From assembly GCA_964368815.1 (NCBI GenBank), contig CAYJDA010000001.1, positions 134,811-198,810 of the forward strand: DNA of 64,000 nt, read 5' to 3'. The stretch comes from an uncultured Oscillospiraceae bacterium (GTDB lineage: Bacteria; Bacillota; Clostridia; Oscillospirales; Ruminococcaceae). The translations under genes were made by a program, and so were the position numbers. Of the stretch, positions 45,761 to 57,075 are shown piece by piece (within the stretch, counting starts at the first letter, position 1; every line of letters begins with the position of its first letter). Under the pieces are notes generated by a model, which ran no database searches, had not been told where the DNA came from, and worked only from the letters and a program-made list of their open reading frames with translations.

Positions 45761-46678
45761 TTATTTCACAATATCTGCTACTTTCAACCTTCTACCTGCG
45801 GCAAAAGCCGTTCCATCCATCGGTTTTTTACCCTGCGGTTGAATTGTTTTTAGTATTAACGACCCTTCTTTACACATTATTTTTAGGGGTTTTAAAGATA
45901 AAACTTCCCCTATTTCCCCCCTGCCTTCACAGGGTTCGCTCTCACAAATTCCGCAAATAGTATCACACAAGGGTATTGTCGCCATCATAAATGGGTATAC
46001 ACCTCTTGCTGTATTGTGGATTTTTTCTGCGGACATTTCAAGGGAACACTGTAGCTCTGCCTTTATTATCGGTGGTGCCAGGGTAGCTTCCTCGTTGTTT
46101 TGTTGCAAATATTCTGCCTTGCCCTGCTCAATTTCCTCCAACGACCTAAGCAAAAGCGGGATTCCTACGGTTTCCATGCGTTTAAAAATATCTCCGGCAT
46201 TGTCGGATAGAGAAATACCAAACTGTTTTGCCGAAATAATATCTCCGGTATCCATACCCTCATCAATTCTCATAATCGTTACACCACTAACCGTTTCACC
46301 ATTCATAAGTGCACGCTGAATAGGTGCCGCACCTCGATATTTCGGAAGTATCGATACATGTAGATTTATAGCGCTAAATTTTGGAAGTTCGATTATTTCT
46401 TTAGGCAGTATTTTTCCATAAGCTACCACGACAATAATATCGGGGTTTAAAGCTTTTATTCGCTCGTACTCGACACCATCCCTCATGTTTAATGGTTCAT
46501 GACATAATATTCCCAGTTTTTCTGCCATGATTGCAACAGGAGTGGCTGTTATTATCTGTTTTCTGCCCACCGGTCTTCGCTGTTTTGTGTAGCAGGCTAT
46601 AATATCATGACCTGCTTTGGCAATAGCTTCTAAAGTTTTAGCCGCGAGCTGTGGAGTACCCATAAAAACTATTCTCAA
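45761..46678 (-). CDS. fmt: Methionyl-tRNA formyltransferase
   Basis: MRIVFMGTP, INLHVSILPKYRGAAPIQRAL, 305 aa, downstream of def. Confidence 0.95.
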   Translation of the reverse strand: MRIVFMGTPQLAAKTLEAIAKAGHDIIACYTKQRRPVGRKQIITATPVAIMAEKLGILCHEPLNMRDGVEYERIKALNPDIIVVVAYGKILPKEIIELPKFSAINLHVSILPKYRGAAPIQRALMNGETVSGVTIMRIDEGMDTGDIISAKQFGISLSDNAGDIFKRMETVGIPLLLRSLEEIEQGKAEYLQQNNEEATLAPPIIKAELQCSLEMSAEKIHNTARGVYPFMMATIPLCDTICGICESEPCEGRGEIGEVLSLKPLKIMCKEGSLILKTIQPQGKKPMDGTAFAAGRRLKVADIVK

Positions 46679-47196
46679 TTTTTTTCCTCGTTTTTGTGCA
46701 TCTCCTCGAGCTCTTCCTCGGTATATAATTTTTCGGCATTTTCAGCTATTGTAATCCCATCGAGATGGTCTATCTCATGACAAACCGCCCTTGCAAGCAT
46801 ATCGTGAGCTTCCAATGTAAAAGTGTTTCCTAGGCGATCTTGCGCCTCTACCAGAACCTTTTGAGGTCTGGCAATATTGCCGTGCTTCCCGGGAAATGAC
46901 AAGCATCCCTCATACCTTGTTATTTCTCCCTCACGACTCAATATTTTAGGGTTGACCATTTCTACTATCTCATATTCAACCTCTTCGGTATCTTCAATAA
47001 AACACTCGTCAACCACCACAACCACTCTTCGTAGAACTCCGATTTGCGGTGCGGCAAGCCCCAACCCGTATGCTTCGGTTACCGTATCTGCGAGATCATC
47101 TAAAAGCGTATGTAACCTCTTGTTAAATTCGGTAACCGGGCGAGATATCTTTCTTAGCGTCGGCTCGCCATCGTGAAGTATATTTCTTAATGCCAT
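46675..47196 (-). CDS. def: Peptide deformylase
   Basis: GLAAPQIG, EGCLSFPG, HEIDHLDG. Confidence 0.95.
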   Translation of the reverse strand: MALRNILHDGEPTLRKISRPVTEFNKRLHTLLDDLADTVTEAYGLGLAAPQIGVLRRVVVVVDECFIEDTEEVEYEIVEMVNPKILSREGEITRYEGCLSFPGKHGNIARPQKVLVEAQDRLGNTFTLEAHDMLARAVCHEIDHLDGITIAENAEKLYTEEELEEMHKNEEKN

Positions 47197-47248
47197 ATCA
47201 TTTCCTTTCTCTATTACATAATCAAAGCTTATGTATCAAGATTTTTTA

Positions 47249-49306
47249 TTAATCTTCCTGACTGTTAAAATCTACGGTGATGGTTACACCGCTATCCGCC
47301 TTATCGAGAGTAAGTTGTTTTAGTGCTTTTCTTAAAAAATTGCGAAACCTTAAAGAATTTCTGCATTTAATCGTTAATTTAACTCTATTTTTACCGGCTA
47401 TGGTAGCTACCGTATAGCTCGCCGGACCAAGCAATCTTAACGGTATATCCTTATTGTGTGGTAGCCGATGAAAACGCTGTAGAATAGCCTTTAGATTTCC
47501 GGCAGCAGCTAGTGCCCTACTCTCAGAAATAGATACAATGCTAACAATAACAAGGCTACAAAAGGGAGGATAAAGCGCGATTTCTCGCATCTTGAGTTCC
47601 TTTTCATAAAAAGATATGTAATCCTGCTCCGCTGCGAGTTTAAGCACCCAATGATCAGGGTTGTAGGTCTCAATAATCGCCCTGCCGATACCGCTTTTTC
47701 GTCCACTTCGTCCAACCACCTGTGTTACAAGTGAAAAAACCGTTTCGAAGGTTCTATAACTGTCGGCATATAACATACTATCGATTGACAACACTCCGAC
47801 AAGGGTTACCTTTTCAAAGTCCAAACCCTTTGCAACCATTTGAGTTCCAACCAAAATGTCAGCTTTGTGCTCTTTAAATTTATCAAGTAGCTCGCCATGA
47901 CTATTTTTGATAGAGACAGAATCGGTGTCTATTCTAAGTATTCCTGCGTTCGGAAACCTTAGTGAAAGCTCCTGCTCTATGTGTTCAGTTCCAAACCCTG
48001 AATAGCTTAACTCTCCTCCGCACTCAGCGCATCTTGCTATTGATGGGTTTTCACTGGTTGCACAATAATGACAAAGAAGTTTGTTTTTACTTAGGTGTAG
48101 AACCATTGGCACCGAACAGCTACCACAGGTTTTAACCGTACGGCATTCTTTGCATAGTCCTACCGTTCTATAGCCTCGTCGGTTTAACAGTAGTATCGAC
48201 TGTTCATTGTTTCTTAAATTTTCGTCTATTTCAGACGCAAGATAGCTGCTTATAGATGATACGCTGCCACTTTCTCGCTGGCTTCGCAGATCACAAAGTT
48301 GTGCCTTGGGCAGGGGTAAATTATTATACCTCGTGTTTAGCTCGAACAGATGAAATCTACCTGTTTTAGCATAATAAAAACTTGTTATAGATGGAGTTGC
48401 AGAGGCTAACAATAGCAATGCATTACATGTCTTTGCACGATATGAAGCGACTGCGACAGCCGAAAATCTCGGTGTTTGTTCACTTCGGTAACTACTGTCC
48501 TGCTCTTCATCGATAATAATAAGCCCAAGGTTTTTAACCGGTGAAAATACTGCCGTTCTTGTTCCGACTATTATTTTATATGCTCCGCTCTCAATCCCCT
48601 TATAGGCGATTGCCCGATCACCATCCTTAAGTCCGGAGTGAACAACTGCCACCGATTCTCCAAATAACTCTATCATTCGTTGCGCCATCTGTGAAGCTAA
48701 TGAAATTTCCGGTAGGAGTAAAAGAACTGACTTCCCTAAAAGTGTGACTCTTTCTATCAACTTTATAAAAACAGCTGTCTTGCCGCTTGCAGTTACACCG
48801 TATAGAAGTGCGGGTTTTCCATCTGGGGCATCTGCCAAAGGATGGATTTCATCGTAAACTTTTTGTTGTTGTTGCGAAAGTGTTAACGCCTTCATTAATT
48901 TAGGTTGCACAGGTATTATAGTTTTTGGTTCGGTTTTTCTACGCCTTACCAACCGTGTAACATTAGTCTTTGTATCTGTTTTATAAAGAAAAGGTGATGG
49001 TATAATAACCCTTACAGCATCAAAAAAACTACATATATATTGTTCTTTAACAAATTCGCACAGCTCAAGTTGTTCTTCGGTTAGCGCATGCGTTGTATCG
49101 GCTACTGCCATAACCGCCTTAAGACCCTCCGAGTCGCCCTCATCAAATCCTAAAATCACTCCCACCCTCGGACGTTTTCCCCGTCCGAACGGAACCATGC
49201 AAAAAGAGCCGACTACCGCTGTATGCTCGCCTAAAACATAGCTGTAGGGTATGTCAAAGCTATATGTAGCGCCCTCTACTGCAACGACACAGAGTTTTTC
49301 AACCAT
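47249..49306 (-). CDS. priA: Primosomal protein N' (PriA helicase)
   Basis: VVAVEGATYSFDIPYSY N-terminus, Walker A GVTASGKT, DEEQD, and the Cys4 zinc region CKECR...CGSC...CHYC...CAECGG. Start placed at MVEKL (49306), which matches canonical PriA N-termini. The ORF-track start at 49354 would overlap gmk by 56 nt. Confidence 0.9.
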   Translation of the reverse strand: MVEKLCVVAVEGATYSFDIPYSYVLGEHTAVVGSFCMVPFGRGKRPRVGVILGFDEGDSEGLKAVMAVADTTHALTEEQLELCEFVKEQYICSFFDAVRVIIPSPFLYKTDTKTNVTRLVRRRKTEPKTIIPVQPKLMKALTLSQQQQKVYDEIHPLADAPDGKPALLYGVTASGKTAVFIKLIERVTLLGKSVLLLLPEISLASQMAQRMIELFGESVAVVHSGLKDGDRAIAYKGIESGAYKIIVGTRTAVFSPVKNLGLIIIDEEQDSSYRSEQTPRFSAVAVASYRAKTCNALLLLASATPSITSFYYAKTGRFHLFELNTRYNNLPLPKAQLCDLRSQRESGSVSSISSYLASEIDENLRNNEQSILLLNRRGYRTVGLCKECRTVKTCGSCSVPMVLHLSKNKLLCHYCATSENPSIARCAECGGELSYSGFGTEHIEQELSLRFPNAGILRIDTDSVSIKNSHGELLDKFKEHKADILVGTQMVAKGLDFEKVTLVGVLSIDSMLYADSYRTFETVFSLVTQVVGRSGRKSGIGRAIIETYNPDHWVLKLAAEQDYISFYEKELKMREIALYPPFCSLVIVSIVSISESRALAAAGNLKAILQRFHRLPHNKDIPLRLLGPASYTVATIAGKNRVKLTIKCRNSLRFRNFLRKALKQLTLDKADSGVTITVDFNSQED

Positions 49307-49877
49307 TAATTTTTTCCACAGTTTCATGTATGACCGACAACAGCTCGTCGGCACATCTCTCGATGGTGTCGTTTATAGCCACATGGTCATACTCCTTTGC
49401 ATACTTCATTTCTTCTAACGAGCGATTTAACCTTGCCTCAATACTCTCGTTGGTGTCGGTTCCTCGTCCAATTAAACGAGATTTCAGCTCTTCATATGAC
49501 GGCGCATGTATAAACAACAATAGCGAGTCATCTCTCATTAGCTTTTTAACCTGCATTCCGCCCTGAACCTCAATAACCAACAGAACAACATCCCCTGCTG
49601 CGAGACGGGAGTCAATTTCTTTTTTAGGTGTACCGTAATAATTGCCCACATAAATTGTGTGTTCAAGCATTTCATCACGCTCTATACGCTTTTTAAAATC
49701 ATCTTGAGTAAGAAAATAATAATCAACACCGTGCTTCTCACCCTCTCTTGGAGCTCTTGTAGTAGCCGATACCGATTGTTTTATTTCGGGGGATTTTTTT
49801 AACATGTTGTCAACAATGCTATCCTTGCCGCTACCCGATGGTCCGGAAAGAACAACCAAAAGTCCTCGTTTACTCAT
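49299..49877 (-). CDS. gmk: Guanylate kinase
   Basis: GPSGSGKDS P-loop, SATTRAPREGE..GVDYYF. 192 aa. Confidence 0.95.
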   Translation of the reverse strand: MSKRGLLVVLSGPSGSGKDSIVDNMLKKSPEIKQSVSATTRAPREGEKHGVDYYFLTQDDFKKRIERDEMLEHTIYVGNYYGTPKKEIDSRLAAGDVVLLVIEVQGGMQVKKLMRDDSLLLFIHAPSYEELKSRLIGRGTDTNESIEARLNRSLEEMKYAKEYDHVAINDTIERCADELLSVIHETVEKING

Positions 49878-49920
49878 AATTTATAACCCTCACAATGCTG
49901 TTGTAAAATAACTTATCTTT

Positions 49921-50169
49921 CTATTCGTCTTCACTAACACTTGCAACCCTACCAATAACGGTGTCTATTGCAAGACCGGACAGGATAACATGGTTGCTAT
50001 CGGTCACTATAACCGCTTTTGTTTTTCGGCCAAAAGTTGCATCTACCAACCTACCTTGCTCCCTCGCATCAGCAATCATTCGTTTTATAGGTGCCGAGTC
50101 GGGCGCGGTTATCGACACTATCCTTTTTGGAACAATATGGTTTCCGAAACCTATATTTAACAACTGCAT
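49921..50169 (-). CDS. remA: RemA/YlzA (DUF370) family regulator
   Basis: LLNIGFGNHIVPKRIVSI...SAPIKRMI...GRLVDATFGRKTKAVIVTDSNHVILS is near-canonical RemA. Confidence 0.9.
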   Translation of the reverse strand: MQLLNIGFGNHIVPKRIVSITAPDSAPIKRMIADAREQGRLVDATFGRKTKAVIVTDSNHVILSGLAIDTVIGRVASVSEDE

Positions 50170-50178
50170 ACATATTTC

Positions 50179-51057
50179 CTACTCTACGTTCTGAATCTGT
50201 TCACGAATTTTTTCTATCTGTGATTTCATATCCACAACCAACATGGTAACCTCGCTATCGGATATTTTCGAGCCGATTGTATTGACCTCTCGATTAAGCT
50301 CCTGAGTTAAAAAATCTAACTTTCTGCCGGCCGGTTCTTCACCTCTCATAATATCTTTAAACTGTTTTATATGTGATAAAATTCTAACCGTCTCTTCGGT
50401 AACAGAGGTTTTATCGGCGAAAATAGCCGCCTCGGTAACCAATCGAGATTCCTCGATATTATTGTCGGTTAATAAATTTTTTAACCTTAAATAAAGTTTA
50501 TCATAGTATTCCTGCTTGCGGGTGGCATCGTCTTTTTCTATATCTTTAGCTATGTTTTTAATAACATCTAATCTACTCTCAACATCGCATAGAAGTTTTT
50601 CACCCTCAACTCTTCTCATTTTGCATAGTTCATCGAGTGCCGGCTTTAATATTTCGCATACATCGCTAAACAGTGCTTCCTCATCGCACTGAGCACGCTC
50701 TACAACAAATATTTCCGGTAGCCTTGTGAAGGTTGTTACGGTAATGTCATTAACTAATTCCAGCTCATTTGAAAGTTTATCAAACGCCTTAACATAGCTC
50801 TGAGCGAGCGGAATATTGGGCCTAATCTCAATATCAGAAACTTCTAATGACTGAACATAGATGTTTACATCTAACTTTCCGCGAGAAATTTTTTCGGAGA
50901 CAATAGCTTTTATACCTTCCTCCATAAAAGCAAGGTTGCGCTGAATTCGGTTGTTAAATTCAAAGTATCGATGGTTAACCGAACGAGCCTCCACGGTTAT
51001 CAATCTCCCGTTAATAACCTTGCTGTAACGGCCAAAGCCTGTCATGGAGTTAATCAT
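50179..51057 (-). CDS. yicC: YicC/YloC-family stress-induced protein
   Basis: MINSMTGFGR..., C-terminal GRKLDFLTQELNREVNTIGSK...IREQIQNVE. Confidence 0.9.
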   Translation of the reverse strand: MINSMTGFGRYSKVINGRLITVEARSVNHRYFEFNNRIQRNLAFMEEGIKAIVSEKISRGKLDVNIYVQSLEVSDIEIRPNIPLAQSYVKAFDKLSNELELVNDITVTTFTRLPEIFVVERAQCDEEALFSDVCEILKPALDELCKMRRVEGEKLLCDVESRLDVIKNIAKDIEKDDATRKQEYYDKLYLRLKNLLTDNNIEESRLVTEAAIFADKTSVTEETVRILSHIKQFKDIMRGEEPAGRKLDFLTQELNREVNTIGSKISDSEVTMLVVDMKSQIEKIREQIQNVE

Positions 51058-51078
51058 AATATATTTTCCTTTTTTTGT

Positions 51079-52152
51079 TTAGATAAATGATAGAACACAA
51101 TCGGTCATTTCCCGGCTTCCTACTGCAGTTTCGCCCTGCTTTGCAATGTCGCCGGTACGTAGCCCTGATTTTAAGGCTGCTGACACTGCCGTATTAACCA
51201 GCTCTGCTTCCGCTTCAAGCCCAAATGAATATTTAAGCATCATACCAACCGAGAGTATTGTTGCAAGCGGATTTGCAACTCCCTTGCCGGCAATATCAGG
51301 TGCCGACCCGTGTATAGGTTCATATAGACCGTTTTTGGTTACACCGAGCGATGACGATGGTAGCATTCCGATAGAGCCGGTTACCATGGATGCCTCATCG
51401 GATAAGATGTCTCCAAACATATTTTCAGTTACAATAACATCAAACTGTCTCGGATTACGAACAAGCTGCATGGCACAGTTATCAACCAACATATCAGAGT
51501 ATTCTACCTCCGGATATTCTTTGGCAACCCTATGGGCAACTTCCCGCCAGAGACGGCTGGATTCCAAAACATTAGCCTTGTCTACCGAGCAGAGCTTTTT
51601 TCTGCGAACCATAGCCATATCAAAACCTACACGCATGATTCGCTCAACTTCTTTTTCACTGTATATCATGGTGTCGTATGCCGCCTCGCCCATTTCATCT
51701 GTATTTCGACGACCTCTTTCACCAAAGTACGCTCCTCCTATAAGCTCTCTAACCACAACAAAATCAAGTCCACCCTCGGTTATTTCGGGCTTAAGTGGAC
51801 AGGCATCACGAAGCTCATCAAATAGCACAGCAGGGCGAATATTTGCAAAAAGTCCCATTGCGCTTCTAATGCCAAGTAGTGCACGCTCGGGTCGCATATT
51901 TCCGGGAAGTGTATCCCATTTAGGTCCGCCTACTGCCCCAAGTAACACGCTGTCGGCTGCTAAACATATATCAATCGAACTCGATGGCAACGGCTCTCCA
52001 TGCTTGTCTATTGCCATTCCACCGGCATCCACCTCGGTATATTCGAAGCAATGTCCAAACTTTTCTCCTATTTTATCCAGAACTCGAACCGCCTCGGTTA
52101 TTATCTCAGGACCGATTCCGTCTCCCCTTATTAATGCTATTTTATAGTTCAT
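51079..52152 (-). CDS. leuB: 3-isopropylmalate dehydrogenase
   Basis: [45 protein letters not shown]. Confidence 0.95.
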   Translation of the reverse strand: MNYKIALIRGDGIGPEIITEAVRVLDKIGEKFGHCFEYTEVDAGGMAIDKHGEPLPSSSIDICLAADSVLLGAVGGPKWDTLPGNMRPERALLGIRSAMGLFANIRPAVLFDELRDACPLKPEITEGGLDFVVVRELIGGAYFGERGRRNTDEMGEAAYDTMIYSEKEVERIMRVGFDMAMVRRKKLCSVDKANVLESSRLWREVAHRVAKEYPEVEYSDMLVDNCAMQLVRNPRQFDVIVTENMFGDILSDEASMVTGSIGMLPSSSLGVTKNGLYEPIHGSAPDIAGKGVANPLATILSVGMMLKYSFGLEAEAELVNTAVSAALKSGLRTGDIAKQGETAVGSREMTDCVLSFI

Positions 52153-52171
52153 AATTTTGTATAATCCTTTA

Positions 52172-52642
52172 CTATTTTAACGACTCCAGCAAACTGCCTT
52201 TTTCCTTAATGTTTCGAACAAACTCCGGCAATGGAGATGTTTTATACTCCGCCCCTGTAGTATGATTTTTAATTATTCCATTTATAACATCAACACTCAC
52301 ATCATCTCCCGCGGATATATTCTTTACCGCTTCGGGACACTCAACAATGTTTAAGCCTATATTAATGGCATTACGATAAAAAATCCTTGCAAAGGTATTG
52401 GCAATAACACAGTCAATACCACAGGTTTTTATTACCAACGGGGCATGCTCACGGGATGATCCACACCCAAAGTTGTCGGTTGCAACAATTATATCGCCTG
52501 CCTTTACCTTTTTAACAAATTCTGCATCAATATCTTCCATTGCATGCTGTGACAGCTCATTGGCATCACTGGAGTTAAGATATCTTGCCGGAATAATAAC
52601 GTCGGTATCAACGTTAGCTCCGTATTTAAAAACACTACCCAT
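52172..52642 (-). CDS. leuD: 3-isopropylmalate dehydratase small subunit
   Basis: [25 protein letters not shown]. 156 aa. Confidence 0.9.
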   Translation of the reverse strand: MGSVFKYGANVDTDVIIPARYLNSSDANELSQHAMEDIDAEFVKKVKAGDIIVATDNFGCGSSREHAPLVIKTCGIDCVIANTFARIFYRNAINIGLNIVECPEAVKNISAGDDVSVDVINGIIKNHTTGAEYKTSPLPEFVRNIKEKGSLLESLK

Positions 52643-52673
52643 TATTTATTTATCCTTTCCTTTAACTGTATTT

Positions 52674-53924
52674 TTAGGGTTGAGCTATATAGCCTTTAAT
52701 TGCCGAGGCTGCCGCCACGGCCGGAGAAGCAAGATAAACCTCACTCTCAGGATGACCCATACGCCCTACAAAATTTCTATTTGTGGTCGCCACGGCACGT
52801 TCACCCTTTGCCAAAATACCCATATGTCCACCAAGACATGGGCCGCATGTCGGTGCTGAGATTGCGCAACCCGCATCAAGGAATATGTCGAAATAACCCG
52901 CCTTCATTGCATCGCGATATATTTTCTGTGTTGCCGGAATGACTATACAACGAACTCCTTTTGAAACTTTTTGACCCTTAAACACCTCAGCAGCGGTTTT
53001 AAGATCGGAAAATCGACCATTTGTGCATGATCCTATTACAACTTGATCGATTTCTACTTTCCCTGCCTCATCTACTGTTTTGGTGTTTTCAGGTAGATGT
53101 GGAAAAGCAACAGTTGGTTTTAATTTCGAGAGGTCGATTGTATAACACTCATCATATTCGGCATCAGCATCAGGTTTAAATTCGGTATAGCTACGGTTTG
53201 TGGTTGTTTTTAGATATTCGCGTGTAATCTCGTCCACCTCAAATATACCGTTCTTCGCTCCCGCCTCTATCGCCATGTTGGTTATACAAAGACGGTCGTC
53301 GATTGAAAGGTTTGCTACTCCCTCACCACAGAATTCCATAGATTTATAAAGAGCACCATCTACGCCAATCATTCCGATAATGTGAAGTATTATATCTTTG
53401 CCGCCAACCCATTTAGATGGCTTGCCTATTAACTCAAATTTTATAGCCGACGGAACTTTAAACCATGCCATACCTTCATACATTCCTGCCGCCATATCGG
53501 TAGAACCTACTCCGGTAGAGAATGCCCCGAGAGCACCATATGTACATGTGTGGCTGTCAGCACCAATAACCGCATCTCCGGGTATAACAAGGCCTTTCTC
53601 CGGAAGCAATGCATGCTCTACTCCAACTTCACCGGTATCATAATAGTTTGTTATATCATATTTTTTTGCAAAATCGCGGCATTGTTTGCATTGTTCAGCC
53701 GCTTTAATATCTTTATTGGGGGTAAAATGATCCATAACCAAACATATCTTTTCTTTATCAAAAACTTTGTCAAGACCTGCTTTGTTAAATTCATTTATCG
53801 CAACCGGAGAGGTAATATCGTTACCTAAAACTAAATCGAGTTTTGCTTTTATTAGCTCACCGGCTACTACCTTTTCCTTGCCACTATGTGCGGCAAGAAT
53901 TTTTTGTGTCATTGTCATTCCCAT
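52674..53924 (-). CDS. leuC: 3-isopropylmalate dehydratase large subunit
   Basis: MTQKIL..., [32 protein letters not shown]. Confidence 0.95.
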   Translation of the reverse strand: MGMTMTQKILAAHSGKEKVVAGELIKAKLDLVLGNDITSPVAINEFNKAGLDKVFDKEKICLVMDHFTPNKDIKAAEQCKQCRDFAKKYDITNYYDTGEVGVEHALLPEKGLVIPGDAVIGADSHTCTYGALGAFSTGVGSTDMAAGMYEGMAWFKVPSAIKFELIGKPSKWVGGKDIILHIIGMIGVDGALYKSMEFCGEGVANLSIDDRLCITNMAIEAGAKNGIFEVDEITREYLKTTTNRSYTEFKPDADAEYDECYTIDLSKLKPTVAFPHLPENTKTVDEAGKVEIDQVVIGSCTNGRFSDLKTAAEVFKGQKVSKGVRCIVIPATQKIYRDAMKAGYFDIFLDAGCAISAPTCGPCLGGHMGILAKGERAVATTNRNFVGRMGHPESEVYLASPAVAAASAIKGYIAQP

Positions 53925-53929
53925 CGTGA

Positions 53930-55525
53930 TTATCTCCTTTCCATTAACAGTTGATAGTTGAAACTTTCTACCAGTGCATTAAAGCTGGCATTAATTATAT
54001 CAGAGGAAACCGCAACTGTTGTCCATTCTGTTTCGCCGTTAGAGCTGGTAATAAACACTCTAACCTTACTGCCTGTTCCTTTACTACCCTCAATTACCCT
54101 CACCTTATAGTCGATAAGAACAATATTTTTCAGTTGAGGATAGACCGGTTCAAGCGCAGAGCGTAGAGCACTGTTTAGTGCGTCTACAGGGCCATCACCC
54201 TCAGCGGCATTAATATTACTTTTTTCCTTTGCCGTTATTTTAACAACAGCAGTTGATGGATTATAACGTTCACGGTCAGCGGATAGACGCTCACCCTGCA
54301 CCTTAAAATATTCCACGCCAAAAAAAGGTTCATAATCACCTGTTACACAGAGTACCATCAGCTCAAAACTTGCCGGCGCTGCTTCGTATTGGTAACCCTG
54401 GTGTTCCTGCTCCTTTAACCTTGCAAGAATATTTTTTGCAATATCACTCTCCTTGTCAAGACCGGGATAAAATCTTTCTATCTGTGAGAGAACTGCCTTT
54501 CTCCCAGCAACTTCGCTTATCAACAACCTACGTCGATTTCCCACCAGCTCCGGTTCAATATGCTCAAAGCTTTTGGTTAATTTTCCAATTCCATCTATGT
54601 GCATACCGCCCTTATGAGCAAATGCAGAGTTGCCAACAAAAGGAGAATTACTGCTGAGGTTGAGGTTTGCTATAGCTGCCATCTGTTCAGCTACAAACGT
54701 TAGCGACTCCATTTTTTTAGCTGTAATGCAATTATACCCTAACTTTAACTGAAGAATCGGTATTATTGTAGAGAGATTTGAGTTTCCTGTTCGCTCCCCT
54801 ATTCCAAGGAAGGTTCCCTGAACCTGCCTAGCTCCCACTTCAACAGCGGCTACCGAGTTTGCAACGGCAAGCCCGCTGTCGTTATGGCAGTGAATACCCA
54901 CCTTAACCTGAGGGAACTTGTTAACAACTTCTTTTGTTATCTCGGTTATCTCATTTACAAGACACCCACCATTTGTGTCACAGAGTGCAAGTGTAACAGC
55001 GCCGCCGTCCACTGCTGCCTCAAGTGTTTTTAGTGCATAATCAGAAGACTCTTTATAACCATCGTAAAAATGTTCGGCATCGTAAATAACCGTTTTACCT
55101 TTTTCGGTAAAAAATCTAACCGTGTCGGTTATCATCTCAAGATTTTCCTCTAAAGTTGCATTTATCACTTTGGTAACATGCAGCTCAGAACTTTTTCCGA
55201 ATATCGCAACTGCTTCGGTATTAGCCTTAAGTAGCGACTTAACATTATCATCCTGTTCAACATTTATGTTTCGACGGCGTGTTGAACCAAAGGCTACTAT
55301 CTTCGAATTGGTTAGCTTAAGTTGAGAAATTTTTTCGAAAAACGCTAAATCCTTGGGGTTAGAACCGGGGTTTCCCGCCTCAATATAGTGAAAGCCAAGT
55401 TCGTCAAGTAATTCTACTATCTTAATCTTATCTTCCACAGTAAAGGTAACGCCCTCGCCCTGTGCTCCGTCACGCAGAGTTGAGTCGAATAATTCTATCG
55501 TTTTAGATTCTTTGTTTTGAGACAT
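53930..55525 (-). CDS. cimA: (R)-citramalate synthase (LeuA-related, CimA type)
   Basis: [47 protein letters not shown] and a C-terminal LeuA-dimer regulatory domain. This resembles the Geobacter/Leptospira-type CimA clade. The ATG at 55525 has AAGGGG 9 nt upstream; the ORF-track start at 55534 is less likely. Confidence 0.75.
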   Translation of the reverse strand: MSQNKESKTIELFDSTLRDGAQGEGVTFTVEDKIKIVELLDELGFHYIEAGNPGSNPKDLAFFEKISQLKLTNSKIVAFGSTRRRNINVEQDDNVKSLLKANTEAVAIFGKSSELHVTKVINATLEENLEMITDTVRFFTEKGKTVIYDAEHFYDGYKESSDYALKTLEAAVDGGAVTLALCDTNGGCLVNEITEITKEVVNKFPQVKVGIHCHNDSGLAVANSVAAVEVGARQVQGTFLGIGERTGNSNLSTIIPILQLKLGYNCITAKKMESLTFVAEQMAAIANLNLSSNSPFVGNSAFAHKGGMHIDGIGKLTKSFEHIEPELVGNRRRLLISEVAGRKAVLSQIERFYPGLDKESDIAKNILARLKEQEHQGYQYEAAPASFELMVLCVTGDYEPFFGVEYFKVQGERLSADRERYNPSTAVVKITAKEKSNINAAEGDGPVDALNSALRSALEPVYPQLKNIVLIDYKVRVIEGSKGTGSKVRVFITSSNGETEWTTVAVSSDIINASFNALVESFNYQLLMERR

Positions 55526-55539
55526 GAAAACCATCCCCT

Positions 55540-57057
55540 TTAGCTCTTATTCTCCATTATTTTGTTAATACCGTTTAGGTAGGCAAGAATACTGGCTTCA
55601 ACTACATCGGTTGATATTCCTCGTCCGTTATAAATTCTGGAGTTGTGCGATAGCTTTATCGCTACCTCTCCCTGGGCATCCTCTCCCTCGGATACCGCAT
55701 TAATATGATACTCTTCTAGGGTCGGAATAATCCCCACAATTTCGTTAATTGCGTTATATGATGCCTCAATCTGTCCACTTCCTAGCGCTGTTTTAACGAC
55801 TACATCACCCTGCGAATTTTTTAGTTTAATTGTAGATGTAGCGTCAATATTTGTTCCGGCATTTACAACAAAACTTACCAACGACATTTCCTGAACCTGT
55901 TGCTCAACATGGCTGTCCACAATAGCCTCAAGGTCTCGATCGGTAATATTTTTTTTGCGGTCACAAAGCTGTTTAAACTTAACAAATGCTTCATCCTGCT
56001 CTTCCTTGGTTAATGAGAAACCAAGTTGATTTAGCCTATCGCAGAACGCATGTCTTCCGGAATGTTTACCGAGAACCATCTTGTTTGAAGCATAGCCGAC
56101 ACTTTCCGGTGTCATAATCTCGTAGGTTTCACGATTTGCAAGAACTCCGTGCTGGTGTATTCCTGCTTCATGAGCAAATGCATTAGCTCCTACAATTGCC
56201 TTATTAGGAACAACATTAACTCCAATAATATGGGATAGCAATCGGCTTGTTCTGTATATCTGGGTTGTGTCGAGGTTTATAGTTGAGTTGTAATGGCCTT
56301 GTCTTGTTACCAGCGCCATAGCCACCTCTTCAAGTGCCGCATTTCCGGCACGCTCACCAATTCCGTTAATGGTGCACTCAACCTGAGTTGCGCCTGCTTC
56401 AATAGCGGCAAGTGAGTTAGCTACACCAAGGCCTAAATCGTTATGACAATGGGTGGACAGGATTACGTTATCGACACCTCTCACCCTCTCCTTAACAGCT
56501 TTCACAAGTTGATACATTTCGCTCGGAGTTGAATAACCCACTGTATCGGGAATGTTAAGCACCGTTGCTCCTGCCGCTATGGCACGGCTAAATGCTTCAC
56601 ACAAAAATTCAACGTCACTTCGCGAAGCGTCCTCTGCTGAAAATTCTACCTCGGCGGATAAGCTTTTCGCAAGGGCAACCATCTCATCAATTGTATCTAA
56701 AACTTGATTTTTACTCATTCTCAGTTTATGTTCAAGATGGATATCACTCGTGGCAATAAAGGTATGGATAACGGGATGCACAGCGCCCTTTAAAGCCTCT
56801 GCCGAGCGGCGAATATCCCCCTCAACTGCACGCGATAAACTTGCAACCTTTGCATGTTTAACTACCTCTGCAACAGCACGCACCGACTCAAAGTCGCCGG
56901 GCGAAGATATTGCAAAACCTGCCTCAATTACATCAACATTAAGTCGTTCCAGCTGTCTTGCAATCTCAATTTTCTCCGGAAGGTTCATGGAACAACCGGG
57001 AGATTGCTCACCGTCACGTAATGTTGTATCAAAAAAAATAATATTGTTCTGGCTCAT
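55540..57057 (-). CDS. leuA: 2-isopropylmalate synthase
   Basis: IIFFDTTLRDGEQSPG, HCHNDLGLGVANSLAAI, GIGERAGNAALEE. 505 aa. Confidence 0.9.
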   Translation of the reverse strand: MSQNNIIFFDTTLRDGEQSPGCSMNLPEKIEIARQLERLNVDVIEAGFAISSPGDFESVRAVAEVVKHAKVASLSRAVEGDIRRSAEALKGAVHPVIHTFIATSDIHLEHKLRMSKNQVLDTIDEMVALAKSLSAEVEFSAEDASRSDVEFLCEAFSRAIAAGATVLNIPDTVGYSTPSEMYQLVKAVKERVRGVDNVILSTHCHNDLGLGVANSLAAIEAGATQVECTINGIGERAGNAALEEVAMALVTRQGHYNSTINLDTTQIYRTSRLLSHIIGVNVVPNKAIVGANAFAHEAGIHQHGVLANRETYEIMTPESVGYASNKMVLGKHSGRHAFCDRLNQLGFSLTKEEQDEAFVKFKQLCDRKKNITDRDLEAIVDSHVEQQVQEMSLVSFVVNAGTNIDATSTIKLKNSQGDVVVKTALGSGQIEASYNAINEIVGIIPTLEEYHINAVSEGEDAQGEVAIKLSHNSRIYNGRGISTDVVEASILAYLNGINKIMENKS

Positions 57058-57075
57058 ATTTGTTTATTGTCCTTT

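Noticed and set aside
51146-52147. 333-aa ORF on the plus strand, the longest alternative ORF in the window.
   Set aside because: It lies entirely antisense to leuB, whose translation has unmistakable isopropylmalate dehydrogenase motifs. The antisense product is low-complexity (Ser/Pro/Ala-rich) with no RBS, so it is a typical shadow ORF.
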